Assembly (NCBI RefSeq): GCF_009914755.1
Contig: NC_060927.1
Source of the DNA: the human T2T-CHM13v2.0 reference genome, Homo sapiens
Direction: 5' to 3' (one strand)
Length of the DNA: 64,000 nt
Each line of letters starts with the position of its first letter. Positions within the stretch are counted from its first letter, which is position 1. The notes beneath the pieces were generated by a model, which ran no database searches, had not been told where the DNA came from, and saw only the letters and a list, made by a program, of their open reading frames with translations. Position numbers and translations under genes: made by a program. This document shows positions 14,674 to 26,710 of this stretch, piece after piece.

Positions 14674-16842
14674 GTGTCTTAGCCTTCGGTGGTGGTAGTG
14701 GCAGTCATGAGGAAGAGAATATAAGGTTTTCTGATAGACTAGGTATGCAATGTCAAATATATGTCTGGTTGTCTTGATATAACAATGGAAAATAAAGTTG
14801 CTGGCAACTAGGATACGGAAAAACAAGGATGGAGTAAGTATGCAAAAATATTATTTTGGGGATGTAAAATTTGAAATAACTTTTAGGTTCCGAATAAAGA
14901 TGCTAAATAAACAACCAAATATCCAAGAAGACGCCCATAAGTCCCTGTCGTAGGCTTTGAAATACCATGAAATCAGCTGTGATAGGAGCTCAGACTCAGA
15001 ATGAGATTAAGGTGTGAGCCAAGTAAAGAGTAAGTCCCACTGCCCAGACCAATAAATTTGCAGTGCATATGGACAGGTTTCTATTTCTGCAGCCTAATAG
15101 AACAATCTGTATCTCCATAGTCTTCTTTTTATCTTTTCCTGAAAAGATCCTAAATTGCTCAAATAAATAAAAAATAATAATAGTTACACCAGCATCTTAT
15201 GTTTCTGCCAAATATTGCCTCCTCTCTGCACTGTTTTTACCTTTAAATGGAACTTTTCTTGGTTTATTCAACTCTCCCCCCCGAAATAAGTAATTTATTA
15301 GACACTTTCTACGTGCTAAACACTCTTGTTTACAAACTTTACCTATAGAGTTATAGGATTGGTGTTATAAACACTGAAGAGAAGGCTGATTTTTCTGAAA
15401 TTAAGAGAATGACTGCACTGATAAACCGGGAAAGAACATGAGGCACCTTACTCTCTAGCAAGCCAAGCAAAAGACAGAAACAAATACATACACATATTTT
15501 TAAAAACACTGAAGATTTTGTTTAAAAAATTATTTAAGATGTTTGGAATTGTAAGGGTTAAAGAATAAGTTGTTTTAAAAGCTTTGGAAAAGCAGCATTT
15601 TAAATTGTGCCTTGAATAATAAAAAATATTTTAAAAGGTAGAAAGGGCTCATGCTATAGAAGGTAAACAAAAGGTTTAAGGTACTAGTTAAAAATTATCT
15701 TTGTGAATACTTTTTCTTCCTGTGGTCAGTATTGTTCTGACCACAGCGAATTTAATTTTTTTGAATTATAATTTCAATTAATATTTTTCAACCCAGGCTT
15801 CAATCAGCTTTTTTTCAAGTAATTTGCAAAGAGTTCTAGAAAAAAAACTTGTTGTTTAGAGAAGCTAATTGTTCACAAAGGTTCCTAAGCAATTAATCTT
15901 ACAATGTCAATTCTTTAACATAAATTGAATGCTTTAAAAGCTTCTTTTCACTTACTGTATAATTTCAAATTAAATTGAGACAACTACACTGAATAAAGCA
16001 TGATAAAACCCTGAAGATCATTCAGCTGGTAAATTTGAATGTTTTGAATTTGTGTCATAGAATAAATCTGCTCTAAATCTTTCATGTGGCTTAAGTGAAT
16101 AAGAAATGTAGCAAATGTCAACCTCAATGAAATGTTACACTGTAGGTGAGTTTCAGAATATCAAAAATACCTGAGTAATTCAAATGCTGATAATCATGTT
16201 ATTACTGAACTCTGTTTATTTTTTTGTACTAGAGAGGAGATACAAAATATATTTTAAAAAATAAATGTTAAATTGATTATTGTGACATTTTCTTATGATA
16301 TTTCTTAATAATGCCAAACATTAAAATAGCATTTACTTCAGCAACGATTTCTCTACTCTGGTCAATCAGAACAGAGTAGAGAAAACAATCAGACAACAAT
16401 AAAGAAAAATCAATCAATGCTATAATATAGGAAGCACTGGTGCTAGTTAGAGAAAAAAAGGTTTCATCTCTAAAGTCTAAATATTAATTTTATTTTTTCA
16501 GGTCTTATATATGCAGAAAAATAACTTCAGCATGATACTACATATGGGTACACTAAAATACCCATAGGAAGGGGTGGTGGGAGAGGAGAAAGAAAAGAAA
16601 AGGAAAGAAGGATATTTAATGTTAATGCTAAAAGAGTCTCTAAATGCTAATCTTTCAAAATAAGTAAGTAGTATAAACATGGAAAGCTAGTAATGCCAAT
16701 GCAAAAAATACTGTAATAATGGATTCTGTAAACCAGAGTGTTTAGTCTAAGAAAAATTAGCTAAGAATGGTTTATCTATATATAAATGGCTGGAGAACAT
16801 AGAAATTTGTTTTCTCTCTTCTTATATAAGTGAAGGTGATTT

Positions 16843-17040
16843 TATACACACATACACACACCATGTATATGTATAAGTATATGGATTATATGAGGATAAA
16901 AGGTATATATACACATATATACATATATACCCATACATACATGTATATACATGTATGTGTGTATATATAAACATGTATATATGTATGTGTGTATGTATAC
17001 AAATATATATGTATTTTATATGTGTGTGTATATGTATACC
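16843..17040. repeat. Low-complexity (TA/CA/TG)n
   Basis: Alternating purine-pyrimidine tract. Confidence 0.85.
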
Positions 17041-17214
17041 TTTTATAAATTTTTATCTAACGGATACCACTTTTATTCATTTATATTTTCCGTCTCTAGG
17101 AAGTTTGATGCCTTTGAAATGCACTTTCATGTTGTATGTCATTAAGCAGCACTTATCTTTTACCTCGTTCACCCAGTAGAAACTACTCACATAATAACTT
17201 CAATTTTGCCTCTT

Positions 17215-17272
17215 AGTTTACAAAGTCTAAGGTGTTTACTATCTGATCCCTTACAGAAAAAGTTGCCACTGG
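17215..17272 (-). mobile_element. MER58 fragment
   Basis: CAAAGTCTAAGGTGTTTACTATCTGATCCCTTACAGAAAAAGTTGCC. Confidence 0.6.
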
Positions 17273-17892
17273 TCTTCACTTTTTCAATATTTCTATAAAA
17301 CATGCTACAATGCTTGTTATTCAGTTTTCTCTAAACATAATGTATTCACCATCCCACTAGTCAAAAAAAGCATTTGAAGTGTCTAGATATGCCGATATTT
17401 GGTGATTTGGGGGCAAAACACCATTATATTAGCATACAGTTTTTCAACAGCAAAATATATACATATATATATCAGTTAATTTTACTTTAAGAGCAAAATA
17501 TAAATTGACTTGATGAATAGATTTTTCAAATATAATCTAACATTTCCTGAATATTGATTTATGAGGTGGTAGGATTAAATCATTTAATTAGCTGAGTTAC
17601 AGCTGTCACACGTTGCTGGATCTCTTTTTATTAAAGTTTGAAAGAAAATCAAGCATGTCCTAGAACTGTCAACATAGAAAGTTTCCCCCCTACAGAGTTC
17701 TTTGATTTTTATTTTGTTCCATGTTGGAAAGTGGATGCTTTGACTTTGTCTTCTTAGGCAAGGAATCAATGAATTGAAAATTGTTCTGAACACTGGTAGA
17801 TTAGGTGATATCACTGTGACTCCTGGGGGTACTGCAAACCGGTCACTATTGGAAGGTGTAGCACAGTGGGGTTTTATTACTGTGTGGGATAT

Positions 17893-17950
<58 letters not shown>
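17893..17950. repeat. Compound microsatellite (TC)9(AC)20
   Basis: Perfect repeats read directly. Confidence 0.98.
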
Positions 17951-17952
<2 letters not shown>

Positions 17953-18432
17953 CCTTATGTACCTACGTTCTATTTACCTCAATGTTCTATCTGTCTAAAT
18001 AATAAAACAGCTGGAGCATTTAGCAAATACAAACCATATATACTAAATTTTCTTAAGATACAGCACTCCCTATAGGGAGCCAATTCATAAGCAATTTTGT
18101 CCTTAAAAAAAACTATTTTAAAAATATGCCTTTAGGCTTTGGTTCAAACACTTGCTTTTCCTTAAAAATAAAGTGTCCTTTAACATTAACTTTAAATGGC
18201 CATCTTTTTAAATTTTAAAAGTGCATTTCAAAGTGAGCACATCATGTACCTTGAAGCAATTGTATGTAGAGCACTATTAATATGCCAAAGGCTGGAAAAG
18301 ATTATGCCCATTCTGACTTATATTACACCTTCACTGAATAAGGCACTCAGGACATTTGTGGATCTCGGTAGCAACTATTTTAAGGAAGGATGAACACTAA
18401 ACCTGTGTTGGTTTCCTATACAGTAATATGTA

Positions 18433-18763
18433 CGGATTGAGCATTTCTAATCTAAAAATTCGAGAGCTAAAGTGCTTCAAAATACAAACCGTTTTGAGTA
18501 TCAATATAATGACAAAGGGGAAAATTCCACACCTGATCTCATGCAACAGGTTGCAGTCACAATGCAGGTGCACAACACACAGTTGATTCAGCACCCCCAA
18601 AGGAAAAATAAAAGTACAGCACATTTTGTTATTAGACTTGGGTTCCATTCCCAAAACATCTCATTATTTATAATGCAAGCTTTCTAAAATTGAAATATTC
18701 TGAAATCTGCAACACTTCTGGTCCCAAGCATTTCAAACTGTATGTACACTTACATTCAACCCA
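18433..18763 (+). mobile_element. Tigger4b (Zombi) DNA transposon
   Basis: TA-CGGATTGAGCATTTCTAATC...GGAAAATTCCACACCTGA...ACACTTCTGGTCCCAAGCATTTC. Confidence 0.85.
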
Positions 18764-19376
18764 TATGTACACTTATATCCATTTATATTTTCTGTGTTTA
18801 GTGTATTAAATACTTGTAATGTCAACTTGTGTGCCATTGTATGCCACCAATCAGCCTTTATATTTTACCTAGTTCACCATTAAAATCACATTTCTATTGA
18901 TAATAGATCATAGTAGATTAAAGTTAAGACAGTTATGGATTGTGTATTATTATTATTAGAGAAATTGGAGAGAAAAACCAAAGTTTTCAGATAAATTTCA
19001 TATATTTTATGAGGCTGTCATTTTTCATATTGTAATAGTCAAATATATACTAAAATGTTGGATGTCTCTGGTGCCAAATAAAGATGATGAATTGCTGCAT
19101 TCATAATCAGAGAACTAAACCCACTCACACACAAACACACATGCGCATGCACACACATACAAATCTGAATTTTGTATAAGTTTAAGTTTTGAAAACATTT
19201 TTTATTATTTGGAGTGTTAAGGAACTTATGATCGTAACAAAAAGCATTTATATTCATCAGACCTCATCTATAGCTTTATTTCTTTTCCTTGCCCAAAGTC
19301 AAGAACACACAATATGAATGAAGCCATATCTAATTTCTCTTTTGTTTATACTTAATAATCATATGATATAATAGGC

Positions 19377-19920
19377 CAGTGGACCCCAACCCTTTTGGCA
19401 CCTGGGAGCAGTTTAATAAAAGACAATTTTTCCATGAACTGGGAAGGGTAGATGGTTTCAGGGTGATACAAGTACATTATATTTATTGTGCACTTTACTT
19501 CTATTATCATTACATTGTAATACATAATGAAATAATTACTCAACTCACCATAATGTAGAATCAGTGGGACCCCTGAGCTTGTTTTCCCGCAACTAGGCAG
19601 TCCCATCCAGGGGTGATGGGAGACAGTGAGAGATCATCAGGCATTTGATTCTCATAAGGAGCATACACCCTAGATACCTCCCATGTGCAGTTCACAATAG
19701 GGTTCGCGCTGCTGTGAGAATCTAAGCCGCCACTGATCTGACAGGAGATGGAGCGCAAGCAATGATGAATAATAGGGAGCGGTTGTACATACAGTTGAAG
19801 CTCCTTGCCTGCTGCTCTCCTCCTGCTGTTCACCTCCTGCTGTGTGACCCAGTTCCTAGCAGGCAATGGGCCGGTACTGGTACTGGTACTGGTCTGTGAC
19901 GCGGGGATTGGGGAACCCTG
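19377..19920 (-). mobile_element. MER1A (hAT-Charlie)
   Basis: Terminal inverted repeats CAGTGGACCCCAA/TTGGGGAACCCTG; 8-bp TSD TAATAGGC/TAATAGAC. Confidence 0.92.
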
Positions 19921-20839
19921 TAATAGACTACCTGGTCATAAGACTTTATAACATTTATAACTCTATAACATTTGCCAAGTTGACTTACTGATTTTTGAAA
20001 TAATGAGGCCTGGGAAACTGAATATTACTCTATATTTCCTAAACTTACCTGACTAGAAGGACATATGAATCTATGAATTTAAATGATAGTATCAAACAGC
20101 AAACAGACTCCCAATGCAACATTTTAACTCATGTTATATGTATTTTAGTTCTTGCGATGTACAGTAACTCTGTGAAATTTCATACAACTATTAAAGCAAT
20201 CTGTATAAACCTTTATCATTTCCTTTATTTGGCTATCATTATTGTTTTTAAGTACGTGGATTGCCCTAAAATATACATAATAAAGAAAACCAATATGTTT
20301 CAAAGTAGATGGTACTTTTGTGTTGGAAGATCGACTCGCATGCTGCATAATTGGGGGTATTTTAAATTCCATCATAAAGGGATGGTCAATGCAAATGAGT
20401 ACTAAATGGTTCTGGGAAACCTAAGAACTTCGAACACTTGCATGGACAGGGAATTATTCAACCAATTACTTGAGAAACTACTGTATATAGTGAAGGCCTT
20501 GGGCACTTTTATCTAAACCAAAACCTGGGCTGAATGTTTCTGAAGTCACGTAAACTTAGTTTGACAAAAAGAAATGTCTATGACACATACATCTTTAAAT
20601 ATCAATGCAAAATTATTCATTTGGATTTTAAATTTTACTCATATAATGCAAACTAAGGATACTCAATTTAAGAAATATTGATGCATAGAAGTCTACCCCA
20701 AGTTACCAAACAGATGAGGTGAAATATAAAATCACTACTCACCAGCATGTTCAGTCTCATTTATAATTTGCCGACTGCCTATTTTTCTATGTGTGTCCAG
20801 TATCTTTATGAATCTCAAGAAATATGTGTCCGTTTAGAA

Positions 20840-21503
20840 TGATAGCTTCAGATGGGGCTACTAAAACTACTTAAAAGTTTGGAATTTTGTGAGGATGTTT
20901 TTGATTATCACCAGGTGGAGGAGGATACCGCTAAAAATCTTGTGATGATCATAGTAGTCTATCTTAACAAAGGACTCTCACATTTTGCTTGTGGCCAATC
21001 ATGTGTATGAAAATCTTGCTTAATAAGACTCACATATAACAATAATACATACAAAAACGTTACGTATTTGCATAATTTTAATAGTTATTTTCCAATAAAA
21101 CAACTATAATCAAGTGTAGCTTTGCTTTCTGTTCATATTGCCCTTTGAGTTCACTATTTTATAAAGTTATGCCATTAACAGCACAATAGTTGTGATACTT
21201 GAATAATCAGAACAGCGCTTTGCCTGAATTGATAGCTGTAGAATTAGATGTAAGCATTTTAGTACTTCATAATGTTTTCTGTTATAGTTTGCTTGAACAT
21301 TTGCATGTTGGAATGTATATTGTTATACTTTCAATGGCCTTCCTTCTGTATTTCCTTGTGTGTTATATTGATGTAGATTTTCTTGAAATGAACTTCTACA
21401 GGTTGGCTATGGAATCTATGTTTTCATTCCAGCATTGGAAAGGGATTCGAAAATATTTGTTACACAAAGTGGGTGAAAATCTTATAGGGTTGAACACACT
21501 ACT
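20840..21503 (+). mobile_element. MER20B (hAT-Charlie)
   Basis: TTTGGAATTTTGTGAGG...TACTTCATAATGTTTTCT...AAAATATTTGTTA...ATAGGGTTGAACACACT. Confidence 0.75.
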
Positions 21504-23029
21504 GTGGAGAGATCAAAGATTCTTACCTCTATCCAGGTACACAGGTGTCACAGACTGATAGAGGAGTCAAAGGAATCACCTGTTGCCTCTATTCCTCCCC
21601 ACCTGCAACCCACTTAACAAAGGACTCTCAAATACCAGAATGTGTAATTCCTTTCCTGTGATGATCTACTAAATTAGGACCATGATAGTAATAGATCCTC
21701 TTAAATTCAGTAGTGTAATTATACTTAAAAATAATCCTCTTAAATTTAGAGTGAATTTAGACAGAAGTATAACTCATGTAGATCAGAAACTTGCTTTATG
21801 ACGAGGAACTGGGGCCCAGAGAAACTTGCCTACATGGAGTTATGCATAATTTATATTCCTGCCCCAGGTTCTACAGTCAGATATTTCTCTACAGCAGGCC
21901 TTTATGCATTTGTGTATTTTTGTCTGCTTTATATTATGTAGTGGTAATACCAAAAATACCCTTGATGACTATGATAAGTCAAAGGCATAATAATTGTTAT
22001 TATGGTTATTAGCTTTAAAGACTTTGATTCACATTCACAAGTACATAATAAACTCCACCAGTCACACATAAAACAAGTTGGAAATGATTTTCAAACGTGT
22101 GATCAAGTTAAACACACATTTCTGTGTTCTGATCAAAGAACTGAAGTCTCAAATAAATAGCAAACAAAAGTGGAAATCATGTGTTCATACATAAAGGGTA
22201 ATTCACTTCTCCATATATTATCATTTCATTTGGATTTGATTTCTAAAACTTCAGTTTTTCTTTCAATGTTGTTATAGTTATTATAAATTGAACCAAATTA
22301 GACACACCTGTATACATATATATATTTACCTATATATTTACATATATATATTTACATTACTGAATTAAATAAATGGTAACAGTTTTGTTAAAGTGGCAGT
22401 GTTTTTCTTATTTCTTATCTTAAAGGGTGAAAGTCTCTACACTTTGAATAGTAGCAGTAGAAAGTAGGGAGATTTATGTGATCTCAAGCAGACTGAAACT
22501 ATGAAAAAAAATTGGCTCAGTTCCATAATAGATTTCCAAATTTTTACTTGATCAGTTGTGAGATAATTCTAAGTGGAAGCAATGAGTGCTTCACTTTCTC
22601 AAATAGAACAGAATATGCTGACGATATCTTTTATTCTCTTTAACAATATAAATGCAAATAAGAAAAAGTAGGGTTTTCCTTTCATGTGAGTTACATAGAG
22701 CTAATAAAAGAGTTTAAAAATATTTTATGAAGTTATATGAATCAGGTATAAAATGCTTTTGAAAATTCTTAGTTTTTGTATTCATTCTGAAATAATACTA
22801 AAGACTTTGGAACATTCTAAATATGTGTAAAATGATGACATTGAGCCTTTCATTTCAAAATAAGTGAATTATGAAATTATTATACTTAAGTACAATTACA
22901 CTACTTTAGTAGCTGTGACTGTTACCAAAAAATAACATTGTTGACCCCACTCTTAGGAAAATAGACATATTTTTCTCTATTTGGTCATTAAAATAAAATA
23001 AAAAAAACTGCCTGCTAGTATAAAAACCT

Positions 23030-23915
23030 TGGATGTTATATAAAATATAAACTTAAGACTGAATGATGGAAGAAAGAAGGAGCAACAACGTGTGACCTCT
23101 GGGCATAGACTAACATGTTTTTGAGTTCTCTGGTTTTTCTTTTTGCCTCACTTAACCCAGAATGAGTGCTGAAGTCAGTAATCTGAAAAAGCCAACAGGC
23201 ACAGTTAAAATAGCCCAACAAAAGCCTGCTTTCTATAGCCAATGGATTAGAAAAGAGGAACTTAACCAAACAGAAAACTTTTAGAAATTAACTACTATGT
23301 TGCAGTCAGACACACACACACATACACACACACACGGTCCATCTCTACCAAAGTCACCAATAGCTGAGTGGCGAGCATAGATTACTACCCTTGCTAGATA
23401 ATAAAGAGGCACTCCCTCACCTCCCATCCCCCCAGAGCACTGTCAGAGAAGACTGAGTAGGAGCCTGAACTTTCACTCTCACCTAGCACAGGTCTCCCTC
23501 TCACTGGAGCCAGAGGAGGCCCCATGGGGAGCAGGAACAAGGCACTCCTGGCTCTTCTCTCCAGGGAGGTAACAGTGGAGGGCTACAGGGAAACTGAAAC
23601 TCTCACTTCTTCACGGCGATGATGAGGAGTTCCCTCTTCTCAAGTTAGGGGCCAAACAGGAAACTTGGGCTTCAACCCCTATCTGGCAGTAACTAAATGT
23701 ACTCCCTTCCTCTGCCTGAGTGAGGTCAGAACAATGTACCTAAAATAGAGGGTTTAAATAATATCCAGAATCACATGACATAATACCTACTTGTTCAGTT
23801 TTCAATAGAAATTTACTCGGTATACCAAGAACCAGAAAGATCTCAAACTGAATGCAAAAAAAGACAATAGTTGCCAACAAAATGAAAGGCTTGTTAGAAT
23901 TATCTGACAATGACT
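23030..23915 (+). mobile_element. Old L1 (L1MD/MC-type) 5' UTR and start of ORF1
   Basis: AAAAGCCTGCTTTCT..., CCAAGAACCAGAAAGATCTCAAACTGAATG...TTAGAATTATCTGACAATGACTTT. Confidence 0.65.
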
Positions 23916-26130
23916 TTTTTATTTTTAATTTTTATTTTATTTAAAAATGAATTTGTGTATATTTAAGGTGTACAAAATGATGTTATGGGATACATATATA
24001 ATAAAACATTTACTCTAGTGAAATAAAGTAACATATCCATTATCTCATAGTTACCATGTTCCCCCCACCAAGCCCCATGGGAAATGTAGCTATTTTCTAA
24101 TCATCTGGGTGAAATTCTGAATATAATACACTATTATTAATTATAGTCCTCATGTTGCACATTAGATGTTTAGAGTTGCTCATCCTACAGATCTGCTACT
24201 TTGTATCCTTTTACCTACATTTCCCCATTTCTTCTCCCACCCCACAAATTCTGATAACAACTGTTTGATTCTCTATCTCTGTATATTTGATGTTTTTTGT
24301 TATTGAAGATCCCACGTGTATATGAGATCATGCAACGCTTTTCTTTCTGTGTCTGGCTTATTTCATTTAGCATAATGTCCTCTAGGTCTGTCCATGTTGT
24401 GGCAAATGACAGTATCTCCCCTTTTTTAAAGGTTTAATAATATTCCATTGTGTGGGTGTGTGTATGTATGTGTATATATACACATATACATACATACACC
24501 CCTGTTTCTTTGCCCATTTGTTTATTGTGAGACACCTATGTTGTCTCCATACCTTAGTTATTATGAATAGTGCTACAATAAACATGTACACATTTCTTTA
24601 GGAGGTGGTGATTTGACTTATTTGGGTATACTCAGAAGAGGGATTGCTAGGGCAGAAGATAATTCAATTTTTGATTTCCTTAGGAACTCCTTACTGTTTT
24701 CCATAATGCTACACCAATTTGTATTCCTACCAAGAGTATATGAAAGTTCCCCTTTCTCCACACCCTCGTCAGCTCATATCTCTTTTCTTTTTGATAACGG
24801 CTACTCTAATGGGTGTCAGAGATATCTCATAGTGATTTGATTTGCATTTCCCTTATAATTAGTGATATTAAGCACCTTTTTAATACACTTCTTGGCTTTT
24901 TATGTCTTCTTTGAAATATCTATTTAGGTCTTTAGCCCATTTTTAAGTTGGATTATGTGTTTCTTTCCTATTGATGTGTACAAATTCTTTAAAAGTTTTG
25001 AATATTAACTCCTTATGAGATATGTGGTAGACAAATATTTTTCCCAGTGACTAGGTTGCATTTTAATTTTATTGATTATTTACTTTGCTATGCAGAAGCT
25101 TTTTAATGTGATATATTCCCATTTATTTATTTTTGCTTTTGTAGCCCGAGCTATAAAATATTTCTTGATATTCAAGAAATCATTGCAAAAGCCACCGTCA
25201 AGAAGCCTTCTCTTTATGTTTTCACCTAGAAGTTTTAAAGTTTCAGGTCTCTTATCCATTTTAAGTTTTGTGTATGATGTAAAGTAGGGGTTCTTTTGCA
25301 TGCAGAAATTCAGTTTTCTCAACACCATGTATTAAAGAGATTATCCTTTTCTCATTGTGTCTTTTTGGTGTCCTTGTTGAAAATTAGCTGACTATGTATG
25401 TTTAAATTTATTTCTGGTCTCTATTCTGCTCTACTGGTGTATTTTTTTTAATGCCAGTACCATACTATTTTATTGTACTGGTTACTATAGTGTTATGATA
25501 TAATTTTAAATCAGAAAGTGTGATGCTTCTAACCTTGTTTTATTTTCTCAGTATTGCTTTAGCTATTTGGGATCTTTTGTGGTTCCAAATAAATTTTAGG
25601 ATTTTGTTTCTATTTCTGTAGGGAATGCTTTTGGGAATTTGATGGGCATTGCATTATGTTTGTACATATTTTAGGTAAAAAGGACATTGTAACAGTATTG
25701 ATTCTTCTGATCTACTAGGATGGAATATACTATCACTTATTTATGGCCTATTCAATTTCTTTCATTAATGTTTCACAATTTTCAATGTACAGGTATTTTA
25801 TCTCCTTGGTTAAAATTATTCCCAAGTTTTTTTTTTTGTTATTGTTTTCCTCATTTCTTTTTCTGCCAGGTCAATTTTTTTTATAGAAATGTCATGGATT
25901 TTTGTATGTTGATTTTGTATCCTTTAACATTACTGGATTGATTCATTAGTTCTATCAGTTTTTTTGGTGGAGTATTTGGAGTTGTCTACATATAGGATTA
26001 TATCATCTGCAAATAAAGGTAATTTAACTTCCTCCTTTCTGATTAGATACTTATTATTTTTTTTCTGATCTGATTAATCTTGCTAGTACTTCCAAGTTAA
26101 ATAGAAGTGGTAAGAGTTTGCATTCTTGAC
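23916..26130 (-). mobile_element. L1MA8/9-like LINE-1, 3' UTR plus ORF2 3' part
   Basis: T-rich tail, GTATATTTAAGGTGTACA...TATAGTCCTCATGTTGCACATTAGAT...; antisense ORF2 remnants (ORF 25080-25328). Confidence 0.85.
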
Positions 26131-26139
26131 TGAACACTG

Positions 26140-26435
26140 AAATATGATCTTTTTTATCTCTTGCTCAAATTCCTACCTAAAGATTCTGGAGAGTCACATC
26201 CTACAAACCACAAAATCTCATTAGATGAGTTTTATTTAGCCCTAAATAATGTGGCTTTCTTTCCAACCTGACTCCGGCATAAGACAACAGATAAAGAAGG
26301 AAATCAATTTTTTCACCCCAAAATATGTTTCTTTGCTGTATTTTGAAATGGCTTTGCAAAGATATCTTTTGTGGGGGAAAATTTGAATCTGTAAAGAATC
26401 TCTGTTAACATAACTAGATCTTTCTCCTTCCAGGC
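26140..26435 (+). mobile_element. ERV1 LTR fragment (MER34/MER39/LTR49 group)
   Basis: CCCCAAAATATGTTTCTTTGC...TTTTGAAATGG...TGTGGGGGAAAATTTG...TGTAAAGAATCTCT. Confidence 0.7.
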
Positions 26436-26710
26436 AATGTTATAAAAAATTATAGAAATTGAGATGGTTTCCAGGGTGAAAAAGGAGATAGAATCTGGAG
26501 AAAAGTAAGTGAAGTTATACAAAAGTAATATGAAGAATCCTTATCATAATGAAAATATTCCTGTATCTTGACTATATCAATATATTTTAATACTTTACCA
26601 TAGTTTTGCAGGATGTGAACACTGAAAAACTGGGTAATAGTACACCATATCTCTCTGTATTTTTTCTTACAACTACATGCAAATATACAATAATCTCAAA
26701 GAAAAACATG
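26436..26710 (+). mobile_element. L1MD-like 3' UTR
   Basis: CTGTATCTTGACT...TAGTTTTGCAGGATGT...ATCTCTCTGTATTTTTTCTTACAACT. Confidence 0.75.

Noticed and set aside
16045-16151. Possible 85-nt exon ending in TAG|GTGAGT
   Set aside because: Weak acceptor and no supporting context; expected by chance in 64 kb
17584-18075. Overlapping ORFs with CVCV/HTHT runs (also 6571-6916, 16951-17179)
   Set aside because: Microsatellite translations with no recognisable domain
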